Positions 16,782-26,418 of a DNA stretch of 64,000 nt are shown here, piece by piece. Position numbers and translations under genes: made by a program. Origin of the DNA: Candidatus Nanosyncoccaceae bacterium (GTDB lineage Bacteria; Patescibacteriota; Saccharimonadia; Saccharimonadales; Saccharimonadaceae). The notes beneath the pieces were generated by a model that had not been told where the DNA came from, did not search any database, and saw nothing but the letters and a program-made list of their open reading frames with translations. Position 1 is the first letter of the stretch. Each line of letters opens with the position of its first letter. Location: contig JAZUMV010000001.1 of assembly GCA_045603785.1 (NCBI GenBank), forward strand, positions 9,343-73,342, read 5' to 3'.

Positions 16782-19571
16782 CTATTTGGCGTTTTTGTTC
16801 TGATTGTTATTATGCTTGCGGTTATTGCGATTGTTGTTCCTGTTGCGCGAATTATTGCCTTGCTGAGGCTTCTTGTCTGGGGCGGAAGTAATAACTAGCT
16901 TTTCCTTAGTGTCGATTTCTGGCTCTTTTTCGCCTTTAATGTTTGGGCTTGCTATTGCGGCTTTCTCTGCAAAGAGCTTTCCTAGGTTGCGGAGGCCGTT
17001 GCCGGCATTTTCTTCTTCGCCCTGAGCAGCATTAGGAGAGATCTTTTGCTTGCGGAACTCTTGCTGCGGAGTTGGCTGGAAGGCGAAAACCGGCTTGGAC
17101 GGCTTTGGCGCGGCTTGCATCTGGGCACCGCGTTCGCCTGCGGCGCGACCAGAGTTGGATAGATCTTCCTTAAACTTATCTGCGGCACCGATGTTGTCCG
17201 CAATGAGCTTTTCGACTTCTTCCTTAGACTTAGCATAGGTATTACGAGAGTGTTCAATAATCTGTGGCGTAAGGTCGTTCGGTGGTTTTGGAATTGAAAG
17301 AGTGGTTGCGGAGAATGCATTAGCCTTTTCGCCGTTGATAATCATGGAGATGACAAAGTGGCGGTTATTGAGGTTGAGAAGGTCCTGCGCCTCAAAGATT
17401 GGCTCGAACTGTTTAGCGAGTACTGGGGCGTCGTCGGCGGAAACGCGGAAGCTGATAGTGGTACCAACGTTACCAAAGACTGCGTCACGAACGCTATCCG
17501 TCATCTGGCTCGTATACTGGTTCGCGACAGTTAGATTAAGACCGTATTTACGAGCCTCAGAAAGAATGACCGAGAAAGAATCGGTAGCGAAGTTTTGGAA
17601 CTCATCCACATAGAGATAGAATGGGCGACGATCTTCGACACGTTCGATATCTGAGCGGGACATAGCAGCGAGCTGAACCTTGGTAACCAAGAAGGAGCCG
17701 AGGAGGCCAGCGTTATCTTCGCCGATAAGACCTTTAGAAAGGTTAACGACGAGAATCTTGCCTTCGTCCATAATCTTGCGAATATTGAAGCTAGATTTTG
17801 GCTGGCCAATAATATTACGAACGATCGGGTTTGCCGTGAAGGCACCGACCTTGTTAAGAACAGGGGCGACAGATTCGGTAACCTGTTTATCGCTCCAGGA
17901 ACCGAACTCTTTCTTCCAGAACTGAAGAACTGTAACATCCGTACAATAAGTGAGGGTTTCCTTGCGGAAGTCTGCGTCGGTGAGCATGCGGGAAATATCC
18001 AAAAGTGTCGAATTTGGACGATCTAGCAATGCGAGCAAAGTGTAGCGCAAGATGTGCTCAAGACGAGGACCCCAAGAGTCGCCGAACATGCGCTTCAAAA
18101 CACCGATAACCTCAGAAGAAATATTTGGCTTACGGGCTGGATTATCTACCTCGAGTGGGTTAAAAGCCATCGGATATTGCGTATCGGCTGGGTTGAAATA
18201 GACAACATCCTTGATACGGGATTCGGGAATAAAGCGGAGGTTATCCATCGCGAGGTCGCCGTGTGGATCGATAATACAATAACCTTGGTTATGGAAAATA
18301 TCCGAGAGGCCGAAGAGGGTTAAAAGGCCTGACTTACCAGAACCGGTCTGACCGATGATATAGATATGGCGAGAGCGGTCACGGCGATACATGCCGAACT
18401 GGTTTTTGATGCCGCGGAAATCCGTAAGGCCGAAGGCAGAAATGTTCTCATCGATGGCTGGATTGCCGGTCATGAGCGGAAGCTTTGAGGGTGGCTCAGC
18501 AGTTTTACTCGAGGCCCAAACGATGTTTGGTGTTTCAACGCTGGCGTGAGGCAAGTGGTAGACGCTCGCGAGCTCAGAGACATTCAAGACGAAGCCATCA
18601 TCTGCAAACTGGCGTTCCTTGTATTTGTTGAGTTCGTTTTTATCGAAGGTAGCCTTGGTCATTTTAAAGCCGTTGAGAGCAGTAGAGTTGTACTGTTTGA
18701 AAGTACCAACGAGAGCCTGCATATTGAGCTTGGCGTCGATTTCTTTTTCGCCAACATAAACCAAGCGAATCTTGACCTCGTAGCCAAGTTTATCACTTTT
18801 CTCTTGCGCCTTCGAAACGCGGAGCTTATCGCGTTCGCTAAGCTCTTTCTTTACATCTTTATTGAGCTCCTCCGGCTGTTTCCACAGTGCTTCGCCGAGA
18901 CTCTTCAAAAAGTCCATGCCAAAGGATAGTTTCTTGCCGTCTTTGACGCTCTTAATCCAATCTTCGCTCTTTTTGCGCCAGTCGTCGGCGATTGGGCGAG
19001 TGAGGATCTGAATCCACATCTCTTCTCCTCCAGTAGGATTAAGCTTGGCGAGAGTTGCGGTAACACCTGCGAGCGGATCAACCTCGAAGCTGTCGAAGGT
19101 CTTAATTGGCAAGGCTTGGTCGTCAGTTAAGACAATTTCGGTGCTGTAATTGACTGGATATTTTTCGCGGCGATCGACATAGTCTTCGTTCATACGATAG
19201 ATCTGCACGCTTGGATACTGCGCATAGATCTGGCCTTCAACAAAGGACTGGAAGATTTTTGGAACCCAAACGAAGAAGCGGATCTGATTGCCAGTTGATG
19301 CAATTTCGAAGGAGAGGTGCTCCTGAACGCCGCCGGTGTTTTTAAGTTCGTTGGCATCACGCAAAATACCATGTAGGGACATGAACATTTGCTCAGCACT
19401 AAGTTCGTTTTTGTCGTTGTCTTTCGGAATTTCAAGCATCAAAAGTACGCTATCGACATTAAGAACTTTCATGCGATTGAGTTTGCGATAATTGCGTACG
19501 GTTAGGACCGCCAAAAGAGTCACGATTGGAATCCAAACGATTGGCTTAAAAAGAAAGGACAAAAGATTCAT
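16782..19571 (-). CDS. TraD/VirD4/TraG-like (type IV coupling protein family) P-loop ATPase with an N-terminal membrane anchor and a basic Asn-rich tail
   Basis: N-terminal TM is IVWIPIVTLLAVLTV. Walker A is IIGQTGSGKSG and Walker B is FYLYVDEFQNF, followed by ARKYGLNLTVANQY. The C-terminus is NNSRNRNNNRNNRKHNNNQNKNAK. Confidence 0.7.
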   Translation of the reverse strand: MNLLSFLFKPIVWIPIVTLLAVLTVRNYRKLNRMKVLNVDSVLLMLEIPKDNDKNELSAEQMFMSLHGILRDANELKNTGGVQEHLSFEIASTGNQIRFFVWVPKIFQSFVEGQIYAQYPSVQIYRMNEDYVDRREKYPVNYSTEIVLTDDQALPIKTFDSFEVDPLAGVTATLAKLNPTGGEEMWIQILTRPIADDWRKKSEDWIKSVKDGKKLSFGMDFLKSLGEALWKQPEELNKDVKKELSERDKLRVSKAQEKSDKLGYEVKIRLVYVGEKEIDAKLNMQALVGTFKQYNSTALNGFKMTKATFDKNELNKYKERQFADDGFVLNVSELASVYHLPHASVETPNIVWASSKTAEPPSKLPLMTGNPAIDENISAFGLTDFRGIKNQFGMYRRDRSRHIYIIGQTGSGKSGLLTLFGLSDIFHNQGYCIIDPHGDLAMDNLRFIPESRIKDVVYFNPADTQYPMAFNPLEVDNPARKPNISSEVIGVLKRMFGDSWGPRLEHILRYTLLALLDRPNSTLLDISRMLTDADFRKETLTYCTDVTVLQFWKKEFGSWSDKQVTESVAPVLNKVGAFTANPIVRNIIGQPKSSFNIRKIMDEGKILVVNLSKGLIGEDNAGLLGSFLVTKVQLAAMSRSDIERVEDRRPFYLYVDEFQNFATDSFSVILSEARKYGLNLTVANQYTSQMTDSVRDAVFGNVGTTISFRVSADDAPVLAKQFEPIFEAQDLLNLNNRHFVISMIINGEKANAFSATTLSIPKPPNDLTPQIIEHSRNTYAKSKEEVEKLIADNIGAADKFKEDLSNSGRAAGERGAQMQAAPKPSKPVFAFQPTPQQEFRKQKISPNAAQGEEENAGNGLRNLGKLFAEKAAIASPNIKGEKEPEIDTKEKLVITSAPDKKPQQGNNSRNRNNNRNNRKHNNNQNKNAK

Positions 19572-19618
19572 GCTTATATTATACCATATTTAAACGTTAG
19601 TTTTAAGCCTGCTTCATA

Positions 19619-19647
19619 TTGACAAGATATGCTAAAAATGGTATAAT
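19619..19647 (+). promoter_or_regulatory. Consensus sigma70 promoter TTGACA-17-(TGg)TATAAT
   Basis: TTGACA 19619-19624, 17-nt spacer ending in TGG, TATAAT 19642-19647. It lies ~85 nt upstream of ATG 19733. Confidence 0.7.
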
Positions 19648-19732
19648 ATAGGCGTAGTTCGGTGCTTGCATTGAGCTAAGTATGCTACGCGCGGCAATAT
19701 AGCGCGAACTCTTCGGAGTTGGAGGAACTAAG

Positions 19733-20056
19733 ATGAGTATTGAATACATCATCAGGAATTCTCTGCTTGTCCCCCCGCTTGGTCTCGCTGTCAGTTATCC
19801 ATTTGGCGGCACAGGCATGGAGGATCTCGAGAACAAAGAGAGCCACGAAATGCAGTATTGCCAGAACGGTGGCGTTACTGGCTTTGTGTACCAAGGCAAA
19901 TATTATCTCGTTAAGGGATACGGTATTGCCCCTGCATTGGAAGAGCTTGGCTTTACCGAATCGTCATTCCCGGTGCTGCTATCATGCGGCGAAACCTTGA
20001 TGGGCCCGATGACGAAAGCGCATTGGGACGCGCTGCCTGAATTCTCGAACCACTAA
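19733..20056 (+). CDS. Hypothetical small protein (107 aa)
   Basis: GGAGG SD lies 7 nt upstream. It has its own consensus promoter and terminator. No recognisable domain. Confidence 0.55.
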   Translation: MSIEYIIRNSLLVPPLGLAVSYPFGGTGMEDLENKESHEMQYCQNGGVTGFVYQGKYYLVKGYGIAPALEELGFTESSFPVLLSCGETLMGPMTKAHWDALPEFSNH

Positions 20057-20061
20057 TGCAA

Positions 20062-20094
20062 ACCCCCGGAACTTGTGTCCGGGGGGTCTTTTTT
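20062..20094 (+). terminator. Intrinsic terminator
   Basis: acccccgga-acttgtg-tccgggggg stem followed by tctttttt. Confidence 0.8.
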
Positions 20095-20115
20095 GTTGGG
20101 CGAGTTTTTGCGGGT

Positions 20116-21870
20116 TTACCAGCCGCTACCACCGCCGCCGCCACCGCCGCCGCCTGAGGAGCCCCCCCCCCCGCCCCCGCCGCCACTGCCGTCGCCGCCT
20201 GGCGATGAGGTTGTAGTGTGACTAATTGCGCTAGTTGCATGCGTGAAGCTATCGATGCTATCGAAGCTGTTCGGGCTATTATACCAATCTGGTGGAGTTG
20301 TAATGACGTCCTTGAACTTCTTGCTAAATGCGGTATTTAGGCCAACTGCGTAGGCATAGGCGTAGTTGTAATAAAAGTAGCTGGCGCCCTGATTAGACAA
20401 AACATTAGTGCTCTTAATGGTGTCTTTATATGAAAGAGCGCGTGTATATAGGTCGTCGCCGTAATCTGTTTTCTTTCGAATAAAGCCACTGATGATAATT
20501 GCGATAAATGAGAGTGCGAGAGATAGGAACGACATAACTCCGCTAACTGCTGAAGAGATAATGCTTGCCTGAACAATTACAAGAATAAGAATCACGATCG
20601 TCATTAGAATGCTAACCGTGAGGAAGACGGCGCTTAGGACGACAGACTTGCGGTCATAGCAATCTTTCTTGATCTTTTTGTATTTGGAGGCAGCAATAAT
20701 CTTTGGTACGCTTTGGTAAAACTTATCCTGAAGGTCCCTGTCTGTAACATTTTGTCCGTCTTTGGAATAGCTAAATAATTTTTCCATGAGAGTTCGCTCG
20801 CTGGCATCTTTGCCGTCGTATTCTTTGGCTTTGCTAATCGTGAAATGCTTACCCTTTTGGTCGCTTTCGATTTTGAGGTAGCCCTTCTCTGCTAAATGAA
20901 AAACAAGGCCCATAACAGCGCTATTTGTAGAATTGCCGGCAAGGAGGCCAAACTCGAGTGGATTGAGCTCTTTTGGCGGGTCGTACTGAACGGTTTTCTG
21001 GAGTTTGTTATCTTTGCCGAAGAGTGCGAAGAGGACATAGGTTATGAGAAGGAGAACTGCACTAACGGCGATGGCAATCTGGAGCATTGGATAGCGTTCG
21101 ACGCGTGCGCCTTCGTAATAACCTTCTGGGAGGACAACGCGGATCGTAAGAGCTGTGCCGCCCGGGTAAGTTTCATTGCTAGTACCGGAAATATTGCGGC
21201 CATTGACAGTATAGGATACGTCGGCAGTCCTGGATCGGTTGATTGGACCGCTTGTGAAACCGAGGCTATTGTAATCGTAAGTGAAAGCCTTTGGTAATGT
21301 AATGTTGTAGCTAGCGTTCAGAAAGATGACATCTTTTGCCCAGTTAGAACCGATGAGGTTGAAGTAGAACTCATCGGCATCTTCGAGTTTGTCTTCGCCA
21401 TAATCATAAGTGTAACTGATATGATATTCCTTTTCCCTACTGACATAATGGTCTGGATCACCGATCTTGAGACGAAGATAGCTAAGGTTGTTCTCTCTCT
21501 CGTACATATCGCCGGAGACGCTAAGATTTTTGATGATGGCGTTGGCGGTGTAGGTGCTGCCATCATCGCGCCAGCCCTTGATCTTTTTTGGAATATCGCG
21601 ATAGATGCCGTGGCTAGTTGCTTTCGAAAAACAGACATCGTAGGTTTCGATAATATCGTAAGTATTATCAGTTTTGACGCGAATGTTAATATCATAATCT
21701 TTAATGATGTAGTCATAACTGCGCCCGTATTTTGATATGGCATTAACGCAGTCGACCGAGCCGATATCTAGATCGCTCAAATCTTGAATCGCCGATGTAT
21801 TTGTTGTGCCGATAAGGCAAATAGATAAGAAAGATAAAAAGAGTATAAATAATTTATTCAATTTGCTCAT
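20116..21870 (-). CDS. DUF2207-type membrane protein with a poly-Gly C-terminal tail
   Basis: Signal peptide (LFILFLSFLSICLIG), a large extracytoplasmic domain, several TM segments, and tail SSPGGDGSGGGGGGGGSSGGGGGGGGGSGW. This architecture is typical of DUF2207 (recalled from memory). Confidence 0.65.
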   Translation of the reverse strand: MSKLNKLFILFLSFLSICLIGTTNTSAIQDLSDLDIGSVDCVNAISKYGRSYDYIIKDYDINIRVKTDNTYDIIETYDVCFSKATSHGIYRDIPKKIKGWRDDGSTYTANAIIKNLSVSGDMYERENNLSYLRLKIGDPDHYVSREKEYHISYTYDYGEDKLEDADEFYFNLIGSNWAKDVIFLNASYNITLPKAFTYDYNSLGFTSGPINRSRTADVSYTVNGRNISGTSNETYPGGTALTIRVVLPEGYYEGARVERYPMLQIAIAVSAVLLLITYVLFALFGKDNKLQKTVQYDPPKELNPLEFGLLAGNSTNSAVMGLVFHLAEKGYLKIESDQKGKHFTISKAKEYDGKDASERTLMEKLFSYSKDGQNVTDRDLQDKFYQSVPKIIAASKYKKIKKDCYDRKSVVLSAVFLTVSILMTIVILILVIVQASIISSAVSGVMSFLSLALSFIAIIISGFIRKKTDYGDDLYTRALSYKDTIKSTNVLSNQGASYFYYNYAYAYAVGLNTAFSKKFKDVITTPPDWYNSPNSFDSIDSFTHATSAISHTTTSSPGGDGSGGGGGGGGSSGGGGGGGGGSGW

Positions 21871-21975
21871 GGTTATATAGCTATTATATCAAATAGTCGC
21901 GTTCGTTTTTTGTGAGGCTTTTAGACATTAGACGCCTAGTATTGAATAATCCCAGAACTGAAGTTCTGGGATTAT

Positions 21976-22101
21976 TCATTTTTTCTTGTCTCGTATTACG
22001 GCTTTAATGATTGCGATTATTATGCCAGCTATAAAGACATAAAATAGTATCTTTCCTGCCACTTGGCCCATATCCCAAGCCGTTGGGCTAATGTCTCTCA
22101 T
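21976..22101 (-). CDS. Possible 41-aa single-TM peptide
   Basis: MRDISPTAWDMGQVAGKILFYVFIAGIIIAIIKAVIRDKKK, preceded by GGGAGG with a 7-nt spacer. Short, so uncertain. Confidence 0.3.
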   Translation of the reverse strand: MRDISPTAWDMGQVAGKILFYVFIAGIIIAIIKAVIRDKKK

Positions 22102-22112
22102 TTTTAGCCTCC

Positions 22113-22613
22113 CTACTTCTCTGTAAATGTATTGCGGATTCGTTTGGAAACAGAGAAGTATGCTAGCCATATTGCAGATACAATTACTCCTACAAGTACA
22201 CCGCTAAATATACTCGTTTTTTGCTCTGATTTTAAAGGAAGACTACTAATTGCTCCTTGCGTTAAGAAATAATCTATTATTACGATAGTTATTCTTGCAA
22301 TAAAATAGCCTTTGACTAGATCAATGACTATTTTTTTCTTTGATGCCAATAGTAGCCCAACTACGATTATTCCGTATGCAATTAGGATAAGATTTGTGCA
22401 ATTCTCGAATTTAATTATTTCTGCAAAATTATTGGCTATATTTGGAGTGACAAGTTCTAATCTTTGCCATGTTTCTAAAGTATCTAACAAAGTATAGTTT
22501 TGATGCAGTTGATAAAAAGATTTGAATAATCCTAGAATGGACCCGATTATATAGAATAATAACCATCCACCAACCCCATATGGCTGTTTATGGTTCGTTC
22601 TGTTTGTCGGCAT
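22113..22613 (-). CDS. Polytopic membrane protein (N-terminus GGWLLFYIIG resembles DUF2569)
   Basis: 166 aa with four or more hydrophobic helices. The family assignment rests on memory only. Confidence 0.45.
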   Translation of the reverse strand: MPTNRTNHKQPYGVGGWLLFYIIGSILGLFKSFYQLHQNYTLLDTLETWQRLELVTPNIANNFAEIIKFENCTNLILIAYGIIVVGLLLASKKKIVIDLVKGYFIARITIVIIDYFLTQGAISSLPLKSEQKTSIFSGVLVGVIVSAIWLAYFSVSKRIRNTFTEK

Positions 22614-22750
22614 TTCGCTTCCCCTTTTACTATAAGTCGATGATACCGCGGGGGGGGTATGTCAATAAATGACTTTTTAATGAATAAAAAATAACCGCTT
22701 CTCGAAAGTGCTCCTCCTTTGCACTTGAGAGAAACGGTTGTTTTGTCGTC

Positions 22751-23797
22751 TTACTCTTCAACTTCTATGGTGGCGTTGCAGTAGTTTTCTTTGCCGACGC
22801 GCTTGTAGAGTTTCTTGTTCTGGAGGTTTAGAAGGACGGTGGTTTCCTTAACCTTGCGCTTCTCGAGGACATACTTGACGATGTCTTGACGAGAGAGACC
22901 TTCTGGGCCAGCCTTGGCGAGAATGCGAGTGATGATGTCTGCGACGGTTCCCTTTTCGAAGCCCCAGCTGTTCAAGGCGTAGATGCCGCGACCAATTAGG
23001 ACGAAGCGAGAATCTTTAATGAGCTCGTTGTGGATCGCCTGAACGGTGACATTCTTGCGGCGGAAGTCTGATTTGCTGATTGCCTCTGCAATTTCAGAGA
23101 AATGCATTGGGTGAAGATTTTCTTGGAGGACTACGTAAATCTTATCGCGGATATTCTTTGGATTTACGGTTGGCCACTTGGTGAGGCCCCACATATTATT
23201 AAGCGAAGTGAGCTGCTTGCTGAGGCGAGCAACTGCTTCGATGTGGCTAGGATGTTCGTAAATAAGTTTCGAATCGAGTTCGTCGAGGCTGATTGCCTTC
23301 TTGTTTTGACGAACGAGGTTGACGATTTCGTCGATGCGGCTGCGGTATTCTTTTTCGTCGCCGTATTCTGAAATGCCAATGGCGTTATAGTATTTATCAT
23401 TCTCGTTGACTACGGTAAGTAGTGGGGAGATTTCTGCAATAAAGTTAAGTTCGGCTTTTTCGCTTTCGGTAGCTTTGCGACCGTAAACCTTCTCTGCTAG
23501 CATCGAGGTGCGGGCGATGCGGCCCATTTCTGTAAGATTACGAACGAGGATTTTCTCTGCTGGAGCAAGACCCGGAATCTTGTTTTCTTCTGCAGTGATT
23601 CGTAAACGAATCAAAATTGCCTTTTCCAACTGACGGACGCGCTCTCGTGTAATGGAAAGCATTTCCCCAATTTGTTCGAGTGTTTCTTTGTGGCCGTTGA
23701 GGCCGAATCGGCGAGAAATGATTTCTTTTTCGCGATCTTGGTCGATGATTGCGAGGCTACTTTTGATAGCATCGCTAATCGTTTCCGCATAGTCCAT
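22751..23797 (-). CDS. Sigma-70 region-4 HTH protein with a C-terminal HARE-HTH-like domain
   Basis: The N-terminus REKEIISRRFGLNGHKETLEQIGEMLSITRERVRQLEKAILIRLR is a classic sigma region 4.2. The C-terminal MHFSEIAEAISKS...VQAIHNELIKDSRFVLIGRGIYALNSW resembles the RpoE-delta/HARE-HTH fold. No sigma region 2 is seen. Confidence 0.55.
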   Translation of the reverse strand: MDYAETISDAIKSSLAIIDQDREKEIISRRFGLNGHKETLEQIGEMLSITRERVRQLEKAILIRLRITAEENKIPGLAPAEKILVRNLTEMGRIARTSMLAEKVYGRKATESEKAELNFIAEISPLLTVVNENDKYYNAIGISEYGDEKEYRSRIDEIVNLVRQNKKAISLDELDSKLIYEHPSHIEAVARLSKQLTSLNNMWGLTKWPTVNPKNIRDKIYVVLQENLHPMHFSEIAEAISKSDFRRKNVTVQAIHNELIKDSRFVLIGRGIYALNSWGFEKGTVADIITRILAKAGPEGLSRQDIVKYVLEKRKVKETTVLLNLQNKKLYKRVGKENYCNATIEVEE

Positions 23798-24149
23798 TGG
23801 TCGGTTGTCCTTTAATTCTCCGGGTTAGAGTTAATATTGAAACTTATTATTATATTAACATAATAGCAGGGAGTTGTCAAACTTCTTGTCTGCTTTTACT
23901 AACTTTATTCTAGCATAATTTTGACGAGTGTTCGAAAAAAATGCATGAAACTTTAAACATTATCAATTTATGGTGTGGGTCTTTCCGCTTATGCTTTTTT
24001 ATGATGACAAGCTTGCGTGTTTCCGCTTATTGTTGCTATCCTAATGGTTTTGTGGTTTTATTGTGCTTAAGTAGGGCGCACTGCCCTACGTGTCGTTTAT
24101 AGGGTTCCGCCAGACCCTATATGTACTTTAAAAAGGAGGGTTCTTTCAT

Positions 24150-26255
24150 ATGCTTAGCTATATCATTGCTATCGCGGTGTCTCTTATTGCTCTGCTGCTT
24201 CTGTGTGTGAACTTCAAGTACACGAGAAGCCTGAGTGAAGGCACCAAGGAAATGTCGGAACTTGCGGCTACGATTCGCTCTGGCGCTAACATGTTCCTCA
24301 AGACTGAGTTCCGTATGATTGCGATTGTCGTTGCAGTTGTTGCGGTTCTCTTCTCGCTCTGCATTGAGTCTCTGAGCGGTGTGACATTTATTGTTGGCGC
24401 CTGCATGAGCTCGGCAGCTTGTCTGCTGGGTATGAAGGGCGCTACGTACTCGAATGTTCGTACAACCAATGCTGCTCGTGAGACGAAGTCTATCAGCCAG
24501 ACTGTCAGAGTCGCGCTGCGTGGCGGCAGTATTAGTGGTCTTGCCGTTCAGGCTTTTGGCCTGATTGGTCTGGTTACGATTCTGCTTGCTATGAGCAATT
24601 ATGACACTACGACTAAGGGTAGCGGTCTGCTGCTCTCGATGGAATGTAATGCGTTCTCGCTGCGTCTGACAACCTATTCGCTGGGTTGTTCGGTTGTGGC
24701 AATGTTCAACCGTGTGGCCGGAGGCAACTATACCAAGGCTGCGGACATCTCTGCAGATATTGTTGGAAAGGTTGACTTCGACCTCCCTGAAGATGACGCC
24801 CGTAACCCCTCGACGATTGCAGACTTCATTGGCGACACCGTCAATGATATTGCGGGCAACTGCAGCGATCTGCTTGAGTCGTTTGTGGCGACGATTGTTG
24901 CGTGTATTCTGATTGCTAACACGATTGCTAAGGGTCAGTCTGGGGCTTTGCTTGAAGCGACAATGTATTTCCCTGTCGTGATGGCGGCTGCTGGCCTGTT
25001 CGGTAGCGTGATTGGTATCTTTATCGTGCAGAGTTTGAAAACCGAAAGCGATAACCCGTCGAAGCAGCTGAATATGGCAACATATATCGCTGCTGGCCTG
25101 ACAATGCTGGTGGGCTGCGGGGCTTCGTGCTACTTCTTTGGTGGCATTGAGCTTTATGACAGCTTCAAACTTGGTATGTTGTCGCCTTGGGTTTCGAGTC
25201 TGCTCGGAATCGCTTCTGGTATTGCGGTTGGCAAGATTACGGAGTATTACACTTCGACTGACTTCAAGCCGGTTAAGAAGCTTGCTGGTATTTCGCCCGA
25301 AGGTGCGGCTTTCGTCGTTACCAAGGGTGATGCGGTCGGTTCTCGTTCCGTACTGCTGCCGGTGCTCGTGATCAGTATTTCTCTGCTCGTTTCCGGTCTG
25401 CTTTGTGGCGTTTATGGTATCGCGGTTTCGTCGCTCGGTATGCTTTCATTTGTCGGTGTTACGGTTGCAATCGATGCCTTTGGTCCGATTGCAGATAATG
25501 CGGGCGGTATCGCTGAAAGCTGTCATCTCGATGAAGGTGTGCGTAAGATTACGGACAAACTGGATGCGGTCGGTAATACGACAGCGGCAATCGGTAAGGG
25601 ATTCGCGATCGGCTCTGCAGCCTTCGCGACTGTTTCTCTGATTTTTGCCTATGTAGGTAACTATTCCGATGCAGCTGAGCCGGTACTGAATTTCGCTTCG
25701 TTTATTGTAATTGCCGGTGCAATTATCGGTGGCGCACTGATCGAGTTCTTCTCGGCGATGCTTACCGACAACACGATTGACGCTGCGCACGATATGGCTG
25801 AAGAAAGTATCCGTCAGCTGAAGATTCCGGGCGTGGTTGAAGGCACTGTTAAGCCGGATTATGACAAGTGTATTCAGATGGCAGCGCAGCTGGCTTTAAA
25901 GAAGATGCTTGCGCCGAGCTTGCTGGCGCTCTTTGTGCCAGTAATCGGCGGTCTGATCTTCGGCGTTGAATTCGTAGGCGGATTGCTCGTGGGTGCTACA
26001 ATCGTGGCGATTCCGCGCGCAATCTTTATGGGTAATTCCGGCGGCGCGTTTGATAACGCGAAGAAGTTTGTCGAAGCCGGGATGCTCGAAGGACACGGTA
26101 AAGGCTCTGAGGCTCACAAGGCAACGGTGACTGGCGACACTGTTGGTGACACTCGTAAGGATGTGGTGGGCGTCGCTCTGGATATCTTTATCAAGACGAT
26201 GTCTACAGTTGCCAATACGCTGGCGGGCGTATTCGCAGGTTTCCATCTGTTCTGA
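24150..26255 (+). CDS. hppA: Membrane-bound proton/sodium-translocating pyrophosphatase
   Basis: 701 aa with ~16 TM segments. Blocks GGNYTKAADISADIVGKV, DNAGGIAE, GNTTAAIGKGFAIGSAA, SGGAFDNAKK, GDTVGD. AAGGAGGG SD. Confidence 0.9.
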   Translation: MLSYIIAIAVSLIALLLLCVNFKYTRSLSEGTKEMSELAATIRSGANMFLKTEFRMIAIVVAVVAVLFSLCIESLSGVTFIVGACMSSAACLLGMKGATYSNVRTTNAARETKSISQTVRVALRGGSISGLAVQAFGLIGLVTILLAMSNYDTTTKGSGLLLSMECNAFSLRLTTYSLGCSVVAMFNRVAGGNYTKAADISADIVGKVDFDLPEDDARNPSTIADFIGDTVNDIAGNCSDLLESFVATIVACILIANTIAKGQSGALLEATMYFPVVMAAAGLFGSVIGIFIVQSLKTESDNPSKQLNMATYIAAGLTMLVGCGASCYFFGGIELYDSFKLGMLSPWVSSLLGIASGIAVGKITEYYTSTDFKPVKKLAGISPEGAAFVVTKGDAVGSRSVLLPVLVISISLLVSGLLCGVYGIAVSSLGMLSFVGVTVAIDAFGPIADNAGGIAESCHLDEGVRKITDKLDAVGNTTAAIGKGFAIGSAAFATVSLIFAYVGNYSDAAEPVLNFASFIVIAGAIIGGALIEFFSAMLTDNTIDAAHDMAEESIRQLKIPGVVEGTVKPDYDKCIQMAAQLALKKMLAPSLLALFVPVIGGLIFGVEFVGGLLVGATIVAIPRAIFMGNSGGAFDNAKKFVEAGMLEGHGKGSEAHKATVTGDTVGDTRKDVVGVALDIFIKTMSTVANTLAGVFAGFHLF

Positions 26256-26272
26256 GCCTTCTATTCTCCTAA

Positions 26273-26300
26273 GCCCTGGGTCTGCGGACCCGGGGCTTTT
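26273..26300 (+). terminator. Intrinsic terminator after hppA
   Basis: gccctgggtc-tgcg-gacccggggc stem followed by tttt. Confidence 0.75.
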
Positions 26301-26418
26301 GCATGCTCTCGATTTTTGTTTGGCATAAGCTTTGTGATACAATAGGTAAATGTTCACTTTGAAAAAATGGACCGTTTTCAGGGTGGGCTAGTACTTTTCA
26401 AAGGAGTGTATATGGACC

